Origin: Candidatus Krumholzibacteriota bacterium
GTDB lineage: Bacteria; Krumholzibacteriota; Krumholzibacteriia; JAJRXK01
NCBI GenBank assembly: GCA_963727455.1
Contig: CAVSGG010000006.1
Location: 96,001-160,000, forward strand
Direction: 5' to 3'
DNA: 64,000 bases
A model generated the notes under the pieces. That model was not told the origin of the DNA and searched no databases. It saw only the letters and a list, made by a program, of their open reading frames with translations. Shown in pieces: positions 27,635 through 37,518 of this stretch; position 1 is the first letter of the stretch, and the number at the start of each line of letters is the position of its first letter. Both the position numbers and the translations under genes were made by a program.

Positions 27635-28276
27635 ATGAAGAAGATGCTCCTTGCCCTCTGCTGCGTGCTCCTGATTGGCGTGCCGCAGATCGCTTTTGCG
27701 CAACAGGCCTTCGACTTTCTGGGTCAGGCCAACATCCCCACGACCCTGGGAGACCCCCTGTCCATGTACGGGGTAATACAGGAGGGATCCAGCCTGGTCG
27801 TGCCGCCGCTTCCGTTGGATTTTGCGAACTATGACTACACAATCGTAGTCACGGGGGCCAATCTCCTGACGGATAACGGCAATGCCCAGACCTTCGCGTC
27901 TGGCGTCATCACCATTTATGAGGACAACGCGACAGTTGCGGACTATGCCAATACCGGCACATTCACCGATGGCACCGCAATTCTCTCCGGGGTTATCTCC
28001 GGGATGTCCCGTACGGATGTCACTCTCACCATTCCACCGTTCGCGCGCCAGATCACCATTCTGGGCACGGTGGACTGGACCGGGGGAACGCATCTAGACG
28101 ATCTCGCCCCGGCCGATCAGACCAACTGGCCGTTCTTCGCCGCCGGGAATCGTGAGGCCGGCAACGTCGAGCCCGGTTTCGACGAGCAGTGGGACGGCAA
28201 GGTCGAGCCGCAGGAGCCGGTGGTGGGTTCTCCGTCCACCAGCTTCGGTGGGCTCAAGGCAGGGTTCGACAACTAG
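27635..28276 (+). CDS. Paralogous secreted protein with C-terminal SFGGLKAGF motif
   Basis: AAGGAGG SD; signal peptide ending AFA; VADY...TFTDGTAILSG core. Confidence 0.85.
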   Translation: MKKMLLALCCVLLIGVPQIAFAQQAFDFLGQANIPTTLGDPLSMYGVIQEGSSLVVPPLPLDFANYDYTIVVTGANLLTDNGNAQTFASGVITIYEDNATVADYANTGTFTDGTAILSGVISGMSRTDVTLTIPPFARQITILGTVDWTGGTHLDDLAPADQTNWPFFAAGNREAGNVEPGFDEQWDGKVEPQEPVVGSPSTSFGGLKAGFDN

Positions 28277-28331
28277 GAACTCCATGCGCCGCGTCCTGAA
28301 GCGGCGTGGATTCGAGTTCGAGCAGTGTAGG

Positions 28332-28362
28332 GGCCAGCCCAGGAGGGCTGGCCTTCTCCTTT
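28332..28362 (+). terminator. Rho-independent terminator
   Basis: GGCCAGCCC-AGGA-GGGCTGGCC followed by TTCTCCTTT. Confidence 0.65.
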
Positions 28363-28383
28363 GAAATCTTTTCTACTGTAAGT

Positions 28384-29646
28384 ATGAAACGGCGCGATAC
28401 CTCATCCTCCTTTCTGTGGCGCGAAGGACGCGTACTTCTTCTGCACCGAAAAGAGAGTATGCGCTCGTATCCCGGGCTGTGGTCCGTCATCAGCGGCAGG
28501 GTCGAGGACGGAGAGACTCCCTTGCAGACGGCGCGGCGCGAAATCCGGGAGGAGACGGGCTACGCGGGAGAGGGGCTGCGTCCTCTGGCCGCCGCCGCGC
28601 CCTTCGAGGTCTACGAAGAAAAGCGCGACACAGAGTGGAGAGTGCATTCCTTTCTCTGGTTGCTCCACTCGGATGGTCCTCCGCAGCTCAACGAGGAGAA
28701 CGACGAGTTCCGTTGGCAGAAAGACCCGCGGATGCCGGAGTTGAAGACGGTGCCCCATCTCACGGAGGCGCTGCTCTCGCTTCTGCCAGAATCCCCTCAG
28801 CAGTTGCTCGAGGCCGTCCGCAGGCTGCGCGCCGATCGCGAGCACGGGGCGGCGCAACTCGCGGCGCAGCTCTTGGACGAGTTCGAAGATCTGGTGTCCG
28901 TCCTTCACGACTGGCCGCAGCTCGTGGTCGCGGCAAGAGCGTTCGCGAATGCTCGACCGGCCATGACACCCCTGGCGCGCATGAGCTGGCGTTGGCTTGC
29001 CGGAATGGGGCCCCTCGAACTCGCAGAGAGCTCTCTGCCTCATAGTGCGCCGCTGCTTGCTCAGGACCGAGAGAGTCTGCGTACGCGTGCGCACGATCTG
29101 CGCGTGGCCTACCAACGAGCGCTCGCGCTCAGCGCGTCCGCCGGAGCACGCCGCATGCAAGATATCCGGACAGTTGCGACCTTCTCTTATTCCAGTACGG
29201 TGGGTGACGCTTTTCGTTTGGCCAGAGAATCCGGACATGGACCCGCGCGCGTGTTTGTCTCTCGTTCCTTGCCCGGTGGGGAGGGGGTCGCCTTCGCCGA
29301 ACAGCTCGCCGCGTTGGGTTACGAGCCCACGCTTCTTTCCGACGAAGAGCTGGTGATGAGGATCGCCGAAGCCGAACTCCTCTTGCTGGGTGCGGATTCA
29401 GTTTTTCCGGACGGAAGCTTCGCCAACAAGATCGGCACCGCGCGTCTTGCGAAAGCGGCCAAGGCCAAGGGAGTCGAGGTCGTGGTGTGTGCGGACTCCT
29501 TCAAGAGGGCCGTCTCGCGCGAGGAATTCGTGGCGGAAACCATCGCCGACAAAAGGGGGCAGAGCCCGCTCTTCGAAATCGTAGAATCCTCCGCGGTGGA
29601 TGCGGTGCTCGACGAGTCGGCGCTGGGCGCAGATCGCGCGATTTGA
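28384..29646 (+). CDS. NUDIX hydrolase fused to an eIF2B/ribose-phosphate-isomerase-like (IF-2B) domain
   Basis: Intact Nudix box GRVEDGETPLQTARREIREETG; C-domain DREHGAAQLA, ARPAM, TFSYSSTV, SLPGGEG, LLGADSV, NKIGT. Confidence 0.88.
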   Translation: MKRRDTSSSFLWREGRVLLLHRKESMRSYPGLWSVISGRVEDGETPLQTARREIREETGYAGEGLRPLAAAAPFEVYEEKRDTEWRVHSFLWLLHSDGPPQLNEENDEFRWQKDPRMPELKTVPHLTEALLSLLPESPQQLLEAVRRLRADREHGAAQLAAQLLDEFEDLVSVLHDWPQLVVAARAFANARPAMTPLARMSWRWLAGMGPLELAESSLPHSAPLLAQDRESLRTRAHDLRVAYQRALALSASAGARRMQDIRTVATFSYSSTVGDAFRLARESGHGPARVFVSRSLPGGEGVAFAEQLAALGYEPTLLSDEELVMRIAEAELLLLGADSVFPDGSFANKIGTARLAKAAKAKGVEVVVCADSFKRAVSREEFVAETIADKRGQSPLFEIVESSAVDAVLDESALGADRAI

Positions 29647-29662
29647 ACCGGGGGACTACCTT

Positions 29663-30841
29663 ATGCCCGTCATGAATGACGCCGAGCTGATCTATCTCGA
29701 CAACAACGCCACCACGCGCCCCGACCCGAGAGTCATCGAGGCGATGATCCCTCTCTACCGGGAGAATTGGGGCAATCCGGGCAGCCATCATCGCCGCGGG
29801 GACCAGGTCGCAGCGCTGTTGCGCAAGGCGCGCCGTCAAGTGGCCGCGGCTTTCGGATTCTCCCCCCGAGAAGTGGTGTTCACTGCGGGCGGGACCGAGG
29901 CGGACGTCCTGGCCCTGCGTGGGGTAGTCCTCGCAGCGGATGAGCCACGCCATCTCGTGGTCTCCGCCATCGAACATCCCGCGGTCCTCACCACTGCCGA
30001 ACAACTCGAGAGCGAAGGGGCTTGCGAACTCTCGCGGCTCGATGTCGATGGTGAAGGACGCGTGGATCCCGCGCAATTGAGGGAGCTGCTGCAGCCGCAT
30101 ACGGTCTTGGTGAGCGTCATGACCGCGAACAACGAAACTGGCGTCATTCAGCCCATCGAGGAACTGGCTATGCTCGCGCACGGAGCGGGCGTTCTCTTTC
30201 ACACCGACGCAGTCCAGGCCGTGGGGAAGATCCCGCTGGGCGAGATCGCGGCCCAGGTAGATCTGCTCTCGTTCTCCGCGCACAAGTTCCACGGACCGAA
30301 GGGCGCCGGAGCTCTCCTGGTGCGGGATGGCGTCCCATTCTACTCGCAGATTCAGGCCGGAGGACAGGAGGGTGGTCGAAGGGGAGGCACCGAGAACCCG
30401 GCCGGAATCATCGGTCTGAGCACCGCGCTGCAACTCGCGCTCTCTCTCATGGATGAGGCGGCGAGCCGGATGAAGGCCCTGCGCGAACATTTGGAATCCG
30501 GTCTCGAGAAGAGCATCGAGAGTCTGAAAATCACCTCGAAGGCTTCCGAGCGAAGCTGCAACACGACGCACTTCACGGTGGAGAATATGGAAGCGGGAGC
30601 CCTGCTGACACTCCTGGACGAGGCGGGGATCGCCTGTTCGGCCGGCTCCGCATGCAGCACTGGCAGCCTCAAACCCAGTCACGTCTTGCTGGCACAGGGT
30701 CTGGTTCCCGCGCGGTTGCATGGTGCGTTGCGGCTCTCGCTCAGCCGCGAGACGACCCCAGAAGAAATCGACCGCGTGCTGGAGCTTCTGCCGCCCCTGG
30801 CGACGCGACTTCGCAGCTTGAGCATGGGGGGCAGGGGATGA
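29663..30841 (+). CDS. Class I cysteine desulfurase (IscS/NifS-like)
   Basis: IYLDNNATT, HTDAVQ, SAHKFHGPKG (PLP Lys), GGQEGGRRGGTEN, SAGSACSTG. Confidence 0.93.
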   Translation: MPVMNDAELIYLDNNATTRPDPRVIEAMIPLYRENWGNPGSHHRRGDQVAALLRKARRQVAAAFGFSPREVVFTAGGTEADVLALRGVVLAADEPRHLVVSAIEHPAVLTTAEQLESEGACELSRLDVDGEGRVDPAQLRELLQPHTVLVSVMTANNETGVIQPIEELAMLAHGAGVLFHTDAVQAVGKIPLGEIAAQVDLLSFSAHKFHGPKGAGALLVRDGVPFYSQIQAGGQEGGRRGGTENPAGIIGLSTALQLALSLMDEAASRMKALREHLESGLEKSIESLKITSKASERSCNTTHFTVENMEAGALLTLLDEAGIACSAGSACSTGSLKPSHVLLAQGLVPARLHGALRLSLSRETTPEEIDRVLELLPPLATRLRSLSMGGRG

Positions 30842-33800
30842 ACGCGGGCGCTCCGGCCGCCAACCAGCTCTCTCTGGACTCTCTCGATCGCATCCTCTCG
30901 ATTGGCGATCTAAGTTCCTGGTTCGCAGGAAAATGGCAGGAAACCGGTCCGGAAAGCTGGGCGGCTAGTGGGCTGCGAGGCAGCGCCCTCTCGTGTCTAC
31001 TGAGCGCGCTTTACTCGCGCCGCGAGAGCCAATGGTTGATCGTCGCATCCGGACTGGAGGAAGCGGAGGCGATCTGTGACGACCTGGAAATCCTGAGCCG
31101 CGCCCCGGTCACTTACCTTCCGGAATTGGAAATCTTGCCCTTCGATCGCCGCTCTCCCACGCGCGAGATTCTCGCCACCGTACAGTCCGGCCTGCACACT
31201 TTGGAAACGGGGGTTCCGGGCTTCTTCGTGACTACGATCTACGGCCTCAGGCACAAAGTGATGTCCCCCGCTCGGCTCCGCCGGCATCGCCTCGTTCTAA
31301 GCCGCGGTGAGAGCGTGGACACCGATGCCTTGCAGGAGAAACTGGTCGCGTTGGGTTACCGGCCTGCCGGTCTGGTGGAAGCTCCCGGCGACATGGCGCT
31401 ACGCGGAGGGATTATCGACGTCTTCAGCCCGGGCCAGGAATTTCCCGTGCGCATGGAATTCTTCGGCGACGAGTTGGAGAGTATTCGGAGTTTCGAAACG
31501 GCCGACCAGCGCTCGACCGGCGAGCTAGAGCGCGCCACGATTCTTCCCGCGGGGCCCTTCGTAGTGGACGACGACACGCTGCTCGAGGCTCTCGCGCGCG
31601 TGGAATCGATGGAGGAGTTTTCCCAAGACGATCGAACCCACCTCATCGAGAAACTACAGGATAGATTGCACTTCGCGGGAATGGAGAGTCTCGCTCCCTT
31701 CTTCCACGAGCAGTCCACGCTTCTCTCGTACCTTCAGCCCGATGCGCCCGTCGTCTTCGTTTCGCCGGACGACCTGGGCAAGCGAAGCGAAGAGCTGGAT
31801 CGCGAGACCCAGAGGGTGCGCGGCGACCGGCTCGCCCACGGCGATCCGGTTCCCGCGGCAAGGGAGCTCATGGCCACGCTCGAAGTGCTCGAGAGCGAAC
31901 TCGAGGGGCGCTCCCGGCTGTGGTTGGGCGAGATCGTGCTTCCCGGCAGCACGAAAGGCCCTCTCTCACCACCCGCCGGCAGCCGGACGCTCCAGCTGCA
32001 CACGCGCACCCAGGAGCGCGGCAAAGGGGAGGTGGGGAAGCTGCTCGAGGAGAGCTCGGCGCTCGCGAAGAGCGGTCAGGGAGTGTTCCTATTCTGCGGA
32101 AATCGGGGCCAGACAGAGCGCATGAGCGAACTCTTCGAGGAATTTGATCCCGAGCGGAGCTTCCTGCGACCACAGCTGCGGGTGGGCAGCCTACACGCGG
32201 GCTTCAGCTGGCCAGAGGCAGAGCTGGCCATCTTCACCGATCACGAATTTTTCGATCGCTACCGGAGGCCCGTGCGCCGACCCCGCTTTCACGGGACCGC
32301 GCGCGTCAAGGATCCCAAGACTCTCCACTCAGGCGACTTCGTGGTGCACGCCGAGCACGGGATCGGTCGCTATCTTGGCTTGCGTAAGATCATGGTCGAG
32401 GGTGTCGAGAACGAGTTCTTGTTACTCGAGTACGCGGAGAAGGACCGGCTCTATCTTCCCACGGACAAGCTCTTGCTCCTGGAGCGATACGAGGTTGGCG
32501 AGAGCGGCGATCCCAACCTTCACAAGCTCGGATCCGGCCAGTGGGAGCGCACTCGTAAGCGGGCGCGCAAGGCGATTCGCGCCATGGCGCAGGAACTACT
32601 GTCGCTCTACGCGGCGCGTAGCGCGCTTCCCGGTCACGCCTTCCGAGAGGACACACATCTGCAACAGGAGATGGAAGCCTCCTTTCTCCACGAGGAGACC
32701 AGGGATCAACTCAGCGCTGTCGAGGCGGTGAAGAAGGACATGGAGTCCCCACGCCCCATGGATCGACTCGTCTGTGGCGACGTCGGATTTGGGAAGACCG
32801 AAGTTGCGATGCGAGCCGCCTTCAAGGCGGTGATGGACGGCATGCAGGTAGCGTTGCTGTGTCCCACCACCATTTTGGCCGAACAGCATGGAGAGACCTT
32901 TGCGCAGAGAATGCGCGAATTTCCCGTGCGCATCGAGGTTCTGAGTCGGTTCAAATCGCGCAAGGAGCAGAAGGAGACCCTGAAGAGACTGCTCAAGGGC
33001 GAGATCGACATCCTGGTGGGGACGCATCGTCTCCTGGGCCGCGACGTGAAGTTCGCCAAGCTCGGGCTCTTGGTGGTGGACGAGGAGCAGAGATTCGGGG
33101 TGCGGCATAAGGAGAGACTCAAGGAGATGCGTAAGCAGGTGGACGTGATGGCTCTCTCCGCCACGCCCATCCCCCGTACTCTCTACTTATCTCTCATGGG
33201 AGCCCGCGACATGTCCATCATCGCGACTCCGCCGCGCGATCGTCTCCCCATTCATACCGAAGTGGTGCCCTATCGTGAAGACGTCATCGAGGAGGCCATT
33301 CTGCGAGAAATGCACCGCGGCGGGCAGGTCTTCTTCGTGCACAACCGGGTGGAAACGATCGATGCCATGGCGGAAGTCGTGGGACGCATCGTTCCTCACG
33401 CTCGCATCGCGATCGCACACGGTCAGATGAAAGAGGCTCAGCTCGAACAGATCATGCGTGATTTCCTGGCGCGCAAGTACGACGTCCTGGTGACCACGAT
33501 GATCATCGAGAGCGGTCTGGACATGCCGAACGTGAATACGATTCTCATCGATCGTGCCGATCGCCTGGGATTGAGTCAACTGTACCAGTTACGGGGACGC
33601 GTAGGTCGCAGCCGGCATCTGGCCTACGCGCATCTCATGACTCCCTCCGGGACGACCCTCGCCCCAGACGCGCGCAAACGGCTGGCCGCGATCCAGGAGT
33701 ATACTGATCTTGGCAGCGGTTATCGCGTTGCTATGCGGGACCTGGAGATCAGGGGGGCGGGCAACATTCTGGGAGAGGCCCAGCACGGCCACATCGCGAC

Positions 33801-34320
33801 CATCGGTTTCGATCTTTACTGCAAGCTCCTCGAGGAGGAAATTCTGGATCTCAAGGGCGAGGGTCTACCCCGTCTGCACGACATCAAGGTGGAGCTGCAA
33901 GTGGGGGCCTATCTGCCCGACGAGTACCTGCCCGAACCGGAAGAGAGGATTCGCTGGTATCGCGATCTGGGCCGCGTCTCCGACGAGGAGGAGCTGGATC
34001 TCTTGGCTGAGGAACTGCGCGATCGATTCGGCCCTCCGCCCCAGCCCACCAAGAACTTGCTGGATATCACGCGAATCAAGCTCCGGGCGCTCCGCGCAGG
34101 GATCGAGGACGTGAGACGCGTTCGACGGGGCGTGCGCATGCTTTTTGGTGGCGGAACCAAGCCGAACGCCTCTATTCTTAACAACTTGGCCGGAACCCAA
34201 ATGCCGCGATTGGCGTTCAACGCCGTGGATCGCCTGGAAATGACCGTTGAGGCGTCGCGGGAAGATTCCTTGGTGGCATCCTTGGTGGTGCTGGAAAAGC
34301 TCGCCGAATCCGAAAATTGA
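30838..34320 (+). CDS. mfd: Transcription-repair coupling factor
   Basis: UvrB-homology (RGGIIDVF), RID (GDFVVHAEHGIG), MDRLVCGDVGFGKT, DEEQRFGV, SATPIPRT, QLRGRVGRS, RDLEIRGAGN; ATGA overlap with upstream gene. Confidence 0.97.
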   Translation: MNAGAPAANQLSLDSLDRILSIGDLSSWFAGKWQETGPESWAASGLRGSALSCLLSALYSRRESQWLIVASGLEEAEAICDDLEILSRAPVTYLPELEILPFDRRSPTREILATVQSGLHTLETGVPGFFVTTIYGLRHKVMSPARLRRHRLVLSRGESVDTDALQEKLVALGYRPAGLVEAPGDMALRGGIIDVFSPGQEFPVRMEFFGDELESIRSFETADQRSTGELERATILPAGPFVVDDDTLLEALARVESMEEFSQDDRTHLIEKLQDRLHFAGMESLAPFFHEQSTLLSYLQPDAPVVFVSPDDLGKRSEELDRETQRVRGDRLAHGDPVPAARELMATLEVLESELEGRSRLWLGEIVLPGSTKGPLSPPAGSRTLQLHTRTQERGKGEVGKLLEESSALAKSGQGVFLFCGNRGQTERMSELFEEFDPERSFLRPQLRVGSLHAGFSWPEAELAIFTDHEFFDRYRRPVRRPRFHGTARVKDPKTLHSGDFVVHAEHGIGRYLGLRKIMVEGVENEFLLLEYAEKDRLYLPTDKLLLLERYEVGESGDPNLHKLGSGQWERTRKRARKAIRAMAQELLSLYAARSALPGHAFREDTHLQQEMEASFLHEETRDQLSAVEAVKKDMESPRPMDRLVCGDVGFGKTEVAMRAAFKAVMDGMQVALLCPTTILAEQHGETFAQRMREFPVRIEVLSRFKSRKEQKETLKRLLKGEIDILVGTHRLLGRDVKFAKLGLLVVDEEQRFGVRHKERLKEMRKQVDVMALSATPIPRTLYLSLMGARDMSIIATPPRDRLPIHTEVVPYREDVIEEAILREMHRGGQVFFVHNRVETIDAMAEVVGRIVPHARIAIAHGQMKEAQLEQIMRDFLARKYDVLVTTMIIESGLDMPNVNTILIDRADRLGLSQLYQLRGRVGRSRHLAYAHLMTPSGTTLAPDARKRLAAIQEYTDLGSGYRVAMRDLEIRGAGNILGEAQHGHIATIGFDLYCKLLEEEILDLKGEGLPRLHDIKVELQVGAYLPDEYLPEPEERIRWYRDLGRVSDEEELDLLAEELRDRFGPPPQPTKNLLDITRIKLRALRAGIEDVRRVRRGVRMLFGGGTKPNASILNNLAGTQMPRLAFNAVDRLEMTVEASREDSLVASLVVLEKLAESEN

Positions 34321-34358
34321 CCTCAGACATTCACGGGGACTTCCTCGAGGAGATGGAA

Positions 34359-36128
34359 ATGGTTTCTCTCGTATCACACACCTCGCGTCGAGGCAGACTT
34401 GCGCTCCTTCTACCGATTCTCTTGACCCTCTTTCTCCCAGCCTGCGGAAGTGGTGATCACGAGAAGATCCCCTTGGCGAAGATCGGGGATGACACGATCA
34501 CGCTCGCACAGTTCGAGAGAAAAGTATCCGAGGTAAATCCCAAGTATCTGCCCGACGACATCATGACCAAACAGGGTAAGCTCGATTTTCTCGACGCCAT
34601 GATCAACCGGCGTGTGATGGAGAGGAAGGGCGAGGAGCTGGGATACGCAGAGAATCCAGGCATGAAGCAAACTCTGGAGCTCATCAGAGCGAACGCGGCA
34701 ATGCGACTCATGAGGTTGGAGCTGGTGAAGGGCAAGAGCGAGATTACCCCCGAAGAGATGCGGGCGTATTACAAGAACTTCTGCCGCATCCTGCGTATCT
34801 CCTACATGGTCTTCGATACCAAGGAAGAGGCCGAGAAGGCGAGGAACCTGGTTCTGGGTGGCGAGATGTGGGAGAACGTCGCCGCAGGCATGGAATCGGG
34901 AGACCCCGGCCCCGGCGGGAATTGGACTGCGTCCTTGCGCTACGGAACGGTTCCGGATGATGTCGAACAGGCCGCCTTCGCGTTGAAGCCCCACGAACTC
35001 AGCCAACCGATCCGCAACGCAGCCGGATATTTCCTGATCAGACTGGATGGGGAGGAGAAAGACGACAAGGTACTTCCTTTCGATCAGATGAAGGACAAGA
35101 TTCGCCAGAGCGTTCACGACCAAGCTCTGAATCTCGCGTCGATGAAGTTCAACGATGAAGTACTCGATAAGCACAAGTTCAAGCTGAACGAAGACGTGTT
35201 GAAGATCCTCTTCGACGCTCTGCCCATGGACAAGCCGTTGCTCCCGGTTCCTCCCAAGGAGGAGTGGCCGGACTTGAAGATCAAGCCCGGCGACATGAAC
35301 AAAGTTCTGATGAGTTGGGATACTGATAGCTGGGATCTGCGGCGCTACTACGATTACTACAAGGCAACGGCATGGCTGGGCCGTCCCCGACGCGACAAAC
35401 GCCTGGGTGGCTTGCGGAGTTCCCTGATTGACATTGCGAGCAAGGCGATCATGCCGATCGAGGCCAAGGAGCGAGGCTATTACGACCGGCCCAAAGTCAA
35501 CGATCTCGTGCGAGTCCGAAAGCAGCAGATGATCGTCAACAAACTCCACGAGGATCTCATCTCGCCCGACGTGAAGCCCACCGATGAGCAGTATCAAAAC
35601 TACTGGGAGGAGCACAAGAAGGAGTTCCAGAAGCCCCCCAGCCATGAGGGAGTCGTGATCGTGAATCACGACGAGGCCAAGATTCGCGCTGCGCGCAAAG
35701 AGGCCACCAAGACGGGCGATTGGAGCGATCTCGTAGAGAAGTATGGCGAGGCATCCCTGATGCCCAAGGATCAAGGCGCCCATTGCGGACCGTTCACCGA
35801 GGCCAACAGTGATCCTCGCACTCCCCTGCTCTGGCAGCAGAAGGAAGTCGGAGAGATCTGCGATCCCATGCAATTGAGCGACGGCACCTGGGGAATCGGA
35901 CGTCTCGACAAGATCCGGCCGGCTGAGGACGTTTCTTTCAAGGACGCGTTCGCCCAAGTGCGTGCGAAGGTCGAATCCCAGGTCTCCGAGAAGATCTTCC
36001 AGGAAAAGGTGGGGGCGTGGCGCAAGGAGTATGGGGTCGAGACCTTCCCGGAAAACCTGAAGAAAGCGGTACTCAAGCCGCAAACCGCTGAAGGGGCAGC
36101 GTCGAAGGAAACGGAAGAGGTTTCATGA
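34359..36128 (+). CDS. PpiC/parvulin-type peptidyl-prolyl isomerase / SurA-PrsA-like lipoprotein with two rotamase-like domains
   Basis: Lipobox LPA-C; AAFALKPHELSQPI...GYFLIRL; second degenerate rotamase domain; SD GAGGAG. Confidence 0.8.
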   Translation: MVSLVSHTSRRGRLALLLPILLTLFLPACGSGDHEKIPLAKIGDDTITLAQFERKVSEVNPKYLPDDIMTKQGKLDFLDAMINRRVMERKGEELGYAENPGMKQTLELIRANAAMRLMRLELVKGKSEITPEEMRAYYKNFCRILRISYMVFDTKEEAEKARNLVLGGEMWENVAAGMESGDPGPGGNWTASLRYGTVPDDVEQAAFALKPHELSQPIRNAAGYFLIRLDGEEKDDKVLPFDQMKDKIRQSVHDQALNLASMKFNDEVLDKHKFKLNEDVLKILFDALPMDKPLLPVPPKEEWPDLKIKPGDMNKVLMSWDTDSWDLRRYYDYYKATAWLGRPRRDKRLGGLRSSLIDIASKAIMPIEAKERGYYDRPKVNDLVRVRKQQMIVNKLHEDLISPDVKPTDEQYQNYWEEHKKEFQKPPSHEGVVIVNHDEAKIRAARKEATKTGDWSDLVEKYGEASLMPKDQGAHCGPFTEANSDPRTPLLWQQKEVGEICDPMQLSDGTWGIGRLDKIRPAEDVSFKDAFAQVRAKVESQVSEKIFQEKVGAWRKEYGVETFPENLKKAVLKPQTAEGAASKETEEVS

Positions 36129-37456
36129 TCTGCGATCCGCAACGAGCTCTGCGCCGTTGGGGCCTCGTGTCGTGCCTACTGCTGACACTGGGTCTTGGCC
36201 TGCGGGTGATTCCCGCGCACGCCCAGGGGCCCGAGTTGGTGGATCGTATCGTGGCGGTGGTCGACGACGAGTCCATCCTGGCCAGCGACCTGCAACGCGA
36301 GGTTGAATCGTACAAGTTCGATCAGTCGCAGCAGGGCCAGTCCACGAAAGAAGACGACGCCACCATTCGCAAGGAGATGCTAGATCGGCTCATCGATGTG
36401 AAGCTGCTGGTGGCGCAGGCCAAATTGGATGGCATCGAGGTGAAAGACGAGGAAGTCGACCAGGCGGTGGCGCGCAGCCTGGATGACATCATCTCGCGCT
36501 TCGGTACCAAAGCAGAGCTGGTCAAGGAGCTGGCCCGCAATGGAATGACCTTCGACGATCTGCAGGCTCGCAACCGCGATCTCATTCGTAACCGGCTCTA
36601 CACCAGCCGCATGATCTCGACGCACATTCGTCCGCTCATCGAGGTACGCGAAGACGAAGTGCGAGAGTTCTACAAGGACCACCTCGATGAAGTGCCCCAC
36701 TCTCCAGAGACCATCACGGTTTCCAACGTCTTGGTCGTGCCTCAGCCCGAAGAGAAAGCCCAGAAAGCACTGACAGCCAAGCTGGACGCCATTCACTCCG
36801 CCTTCGACGCCGGCAAGAGTTTTGACGACATCGCGAAGCAGTACTCCGAGGGGCCCAATGCGAAGAACGGTGGGCTTCTGGGTTCCTTCAACAAGGGAGA
36901 CCTCTTCCATCCCGTGCTCGAGGAGATGGCCTGGTCGCTCCCGGTGGGGAAAGTCTCCGATCCGGTGACCACCGAACTTGGAGTGCACATTCTGAAGGTC
37001 GTGGATCGTACTGACACCAAAGTGACTCTGCGGCAGATCCTCCTGCGGGTTCCCATCACCGACGCGGACTGGGCGAGGGCAAAGGATCGGGCGGAGGAGG
37101 TTTACCAGAAGGCCGCGGGAGGCCAGGATTTCACCACGCTGGTCAAGAATTATTCGGACGATCCCAACAGCCGGGAGAAGAACGGGCTCTTGGGTACCTT
37201 TCCTTTGGAGAAGCTGACACCCGCCTTCCGCAACGCCCTGAAGGGACTCAAGCCGGGCGAAGTAGGCAAGCCGGTGAAGGGTACCGCAGGGTACTTCGTG
37301 CTACACCTGGATTCCAAGCAACCCGCCCACGTGATGTCCTTCGAAGAGGTGAAGGACCAGGTTCACTCCGCGGTCGAGGATCAGAAAATCCAGGCCGAAC
37401 TGGACAAGTTCTTGAAGGGTCTGCGCAAGAAATTCTACATCGACGTCAAGTTGTGA
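36125..37456 (+). CDS. surA: SurA-like periplasmic chaperone/PPIase
   Basis: VDRIVAVVDDESILASD N-domain; two parvulin domains (AKQYSEG..GGLLG, LGVHILK; KNYSDD..GLLG, AGYFVL); ends YIDVKL. Confidence 0.85.
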   Translation: MICDPQRALRRWGLVSCLLLTLGLGLRVIPAHAQGPELVDRIVAVVDDESILASDLQREVESYKFDQSQQGQSTKEDDATIRKEMLDRLIDVKLLVAQAKLDGIEVKDEEVDQAVARSLDDIISRFGTKAELVKELARNGMTFDDLQARNRDLIRNRLYTSRMISTHIRPLIEVREDEVREFYKDHLDEVPHSPETITVSNVLVVPQPEEKAQKALTAKLDAIHSAFDAGKSFDDIAKQYSEGPNAKNGGLLGSFNKGDLFHPVLEEMAWSLPVGKVSDPVTTELGVHILKVVDRTDTKVTLRQILLRVPITDADWARAKDRAEEVYQKAAGGQDFTTLVKNYSDDPNSREKNGLLGTFPLEKLTPAFRNALKGLKPGEVGKPVKGTAGYFVLHLDSKQPAHVMSFEEVKDQVHSAVEDQKIQAELDKFLKGLRKKFYIDVKL

Positions 37457-37518
37457 TAGCTGGCCTTCTTGTTGCAATGCTGGCCGACAAGGTGTCACTT
37501 TGTCGCCAGTAGGACCTC

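Noticed and set aside
34410-36083. Long antisense or alternative-frame ORFs (also 7031-8071, 11070-12557, 21286-23220, 44069-45907, 49211-50578, 50283-51686)
   Set aside because: They overlap well-supported genes, lack recognisable motifs, and are expected shadows of high-GC codon usage.
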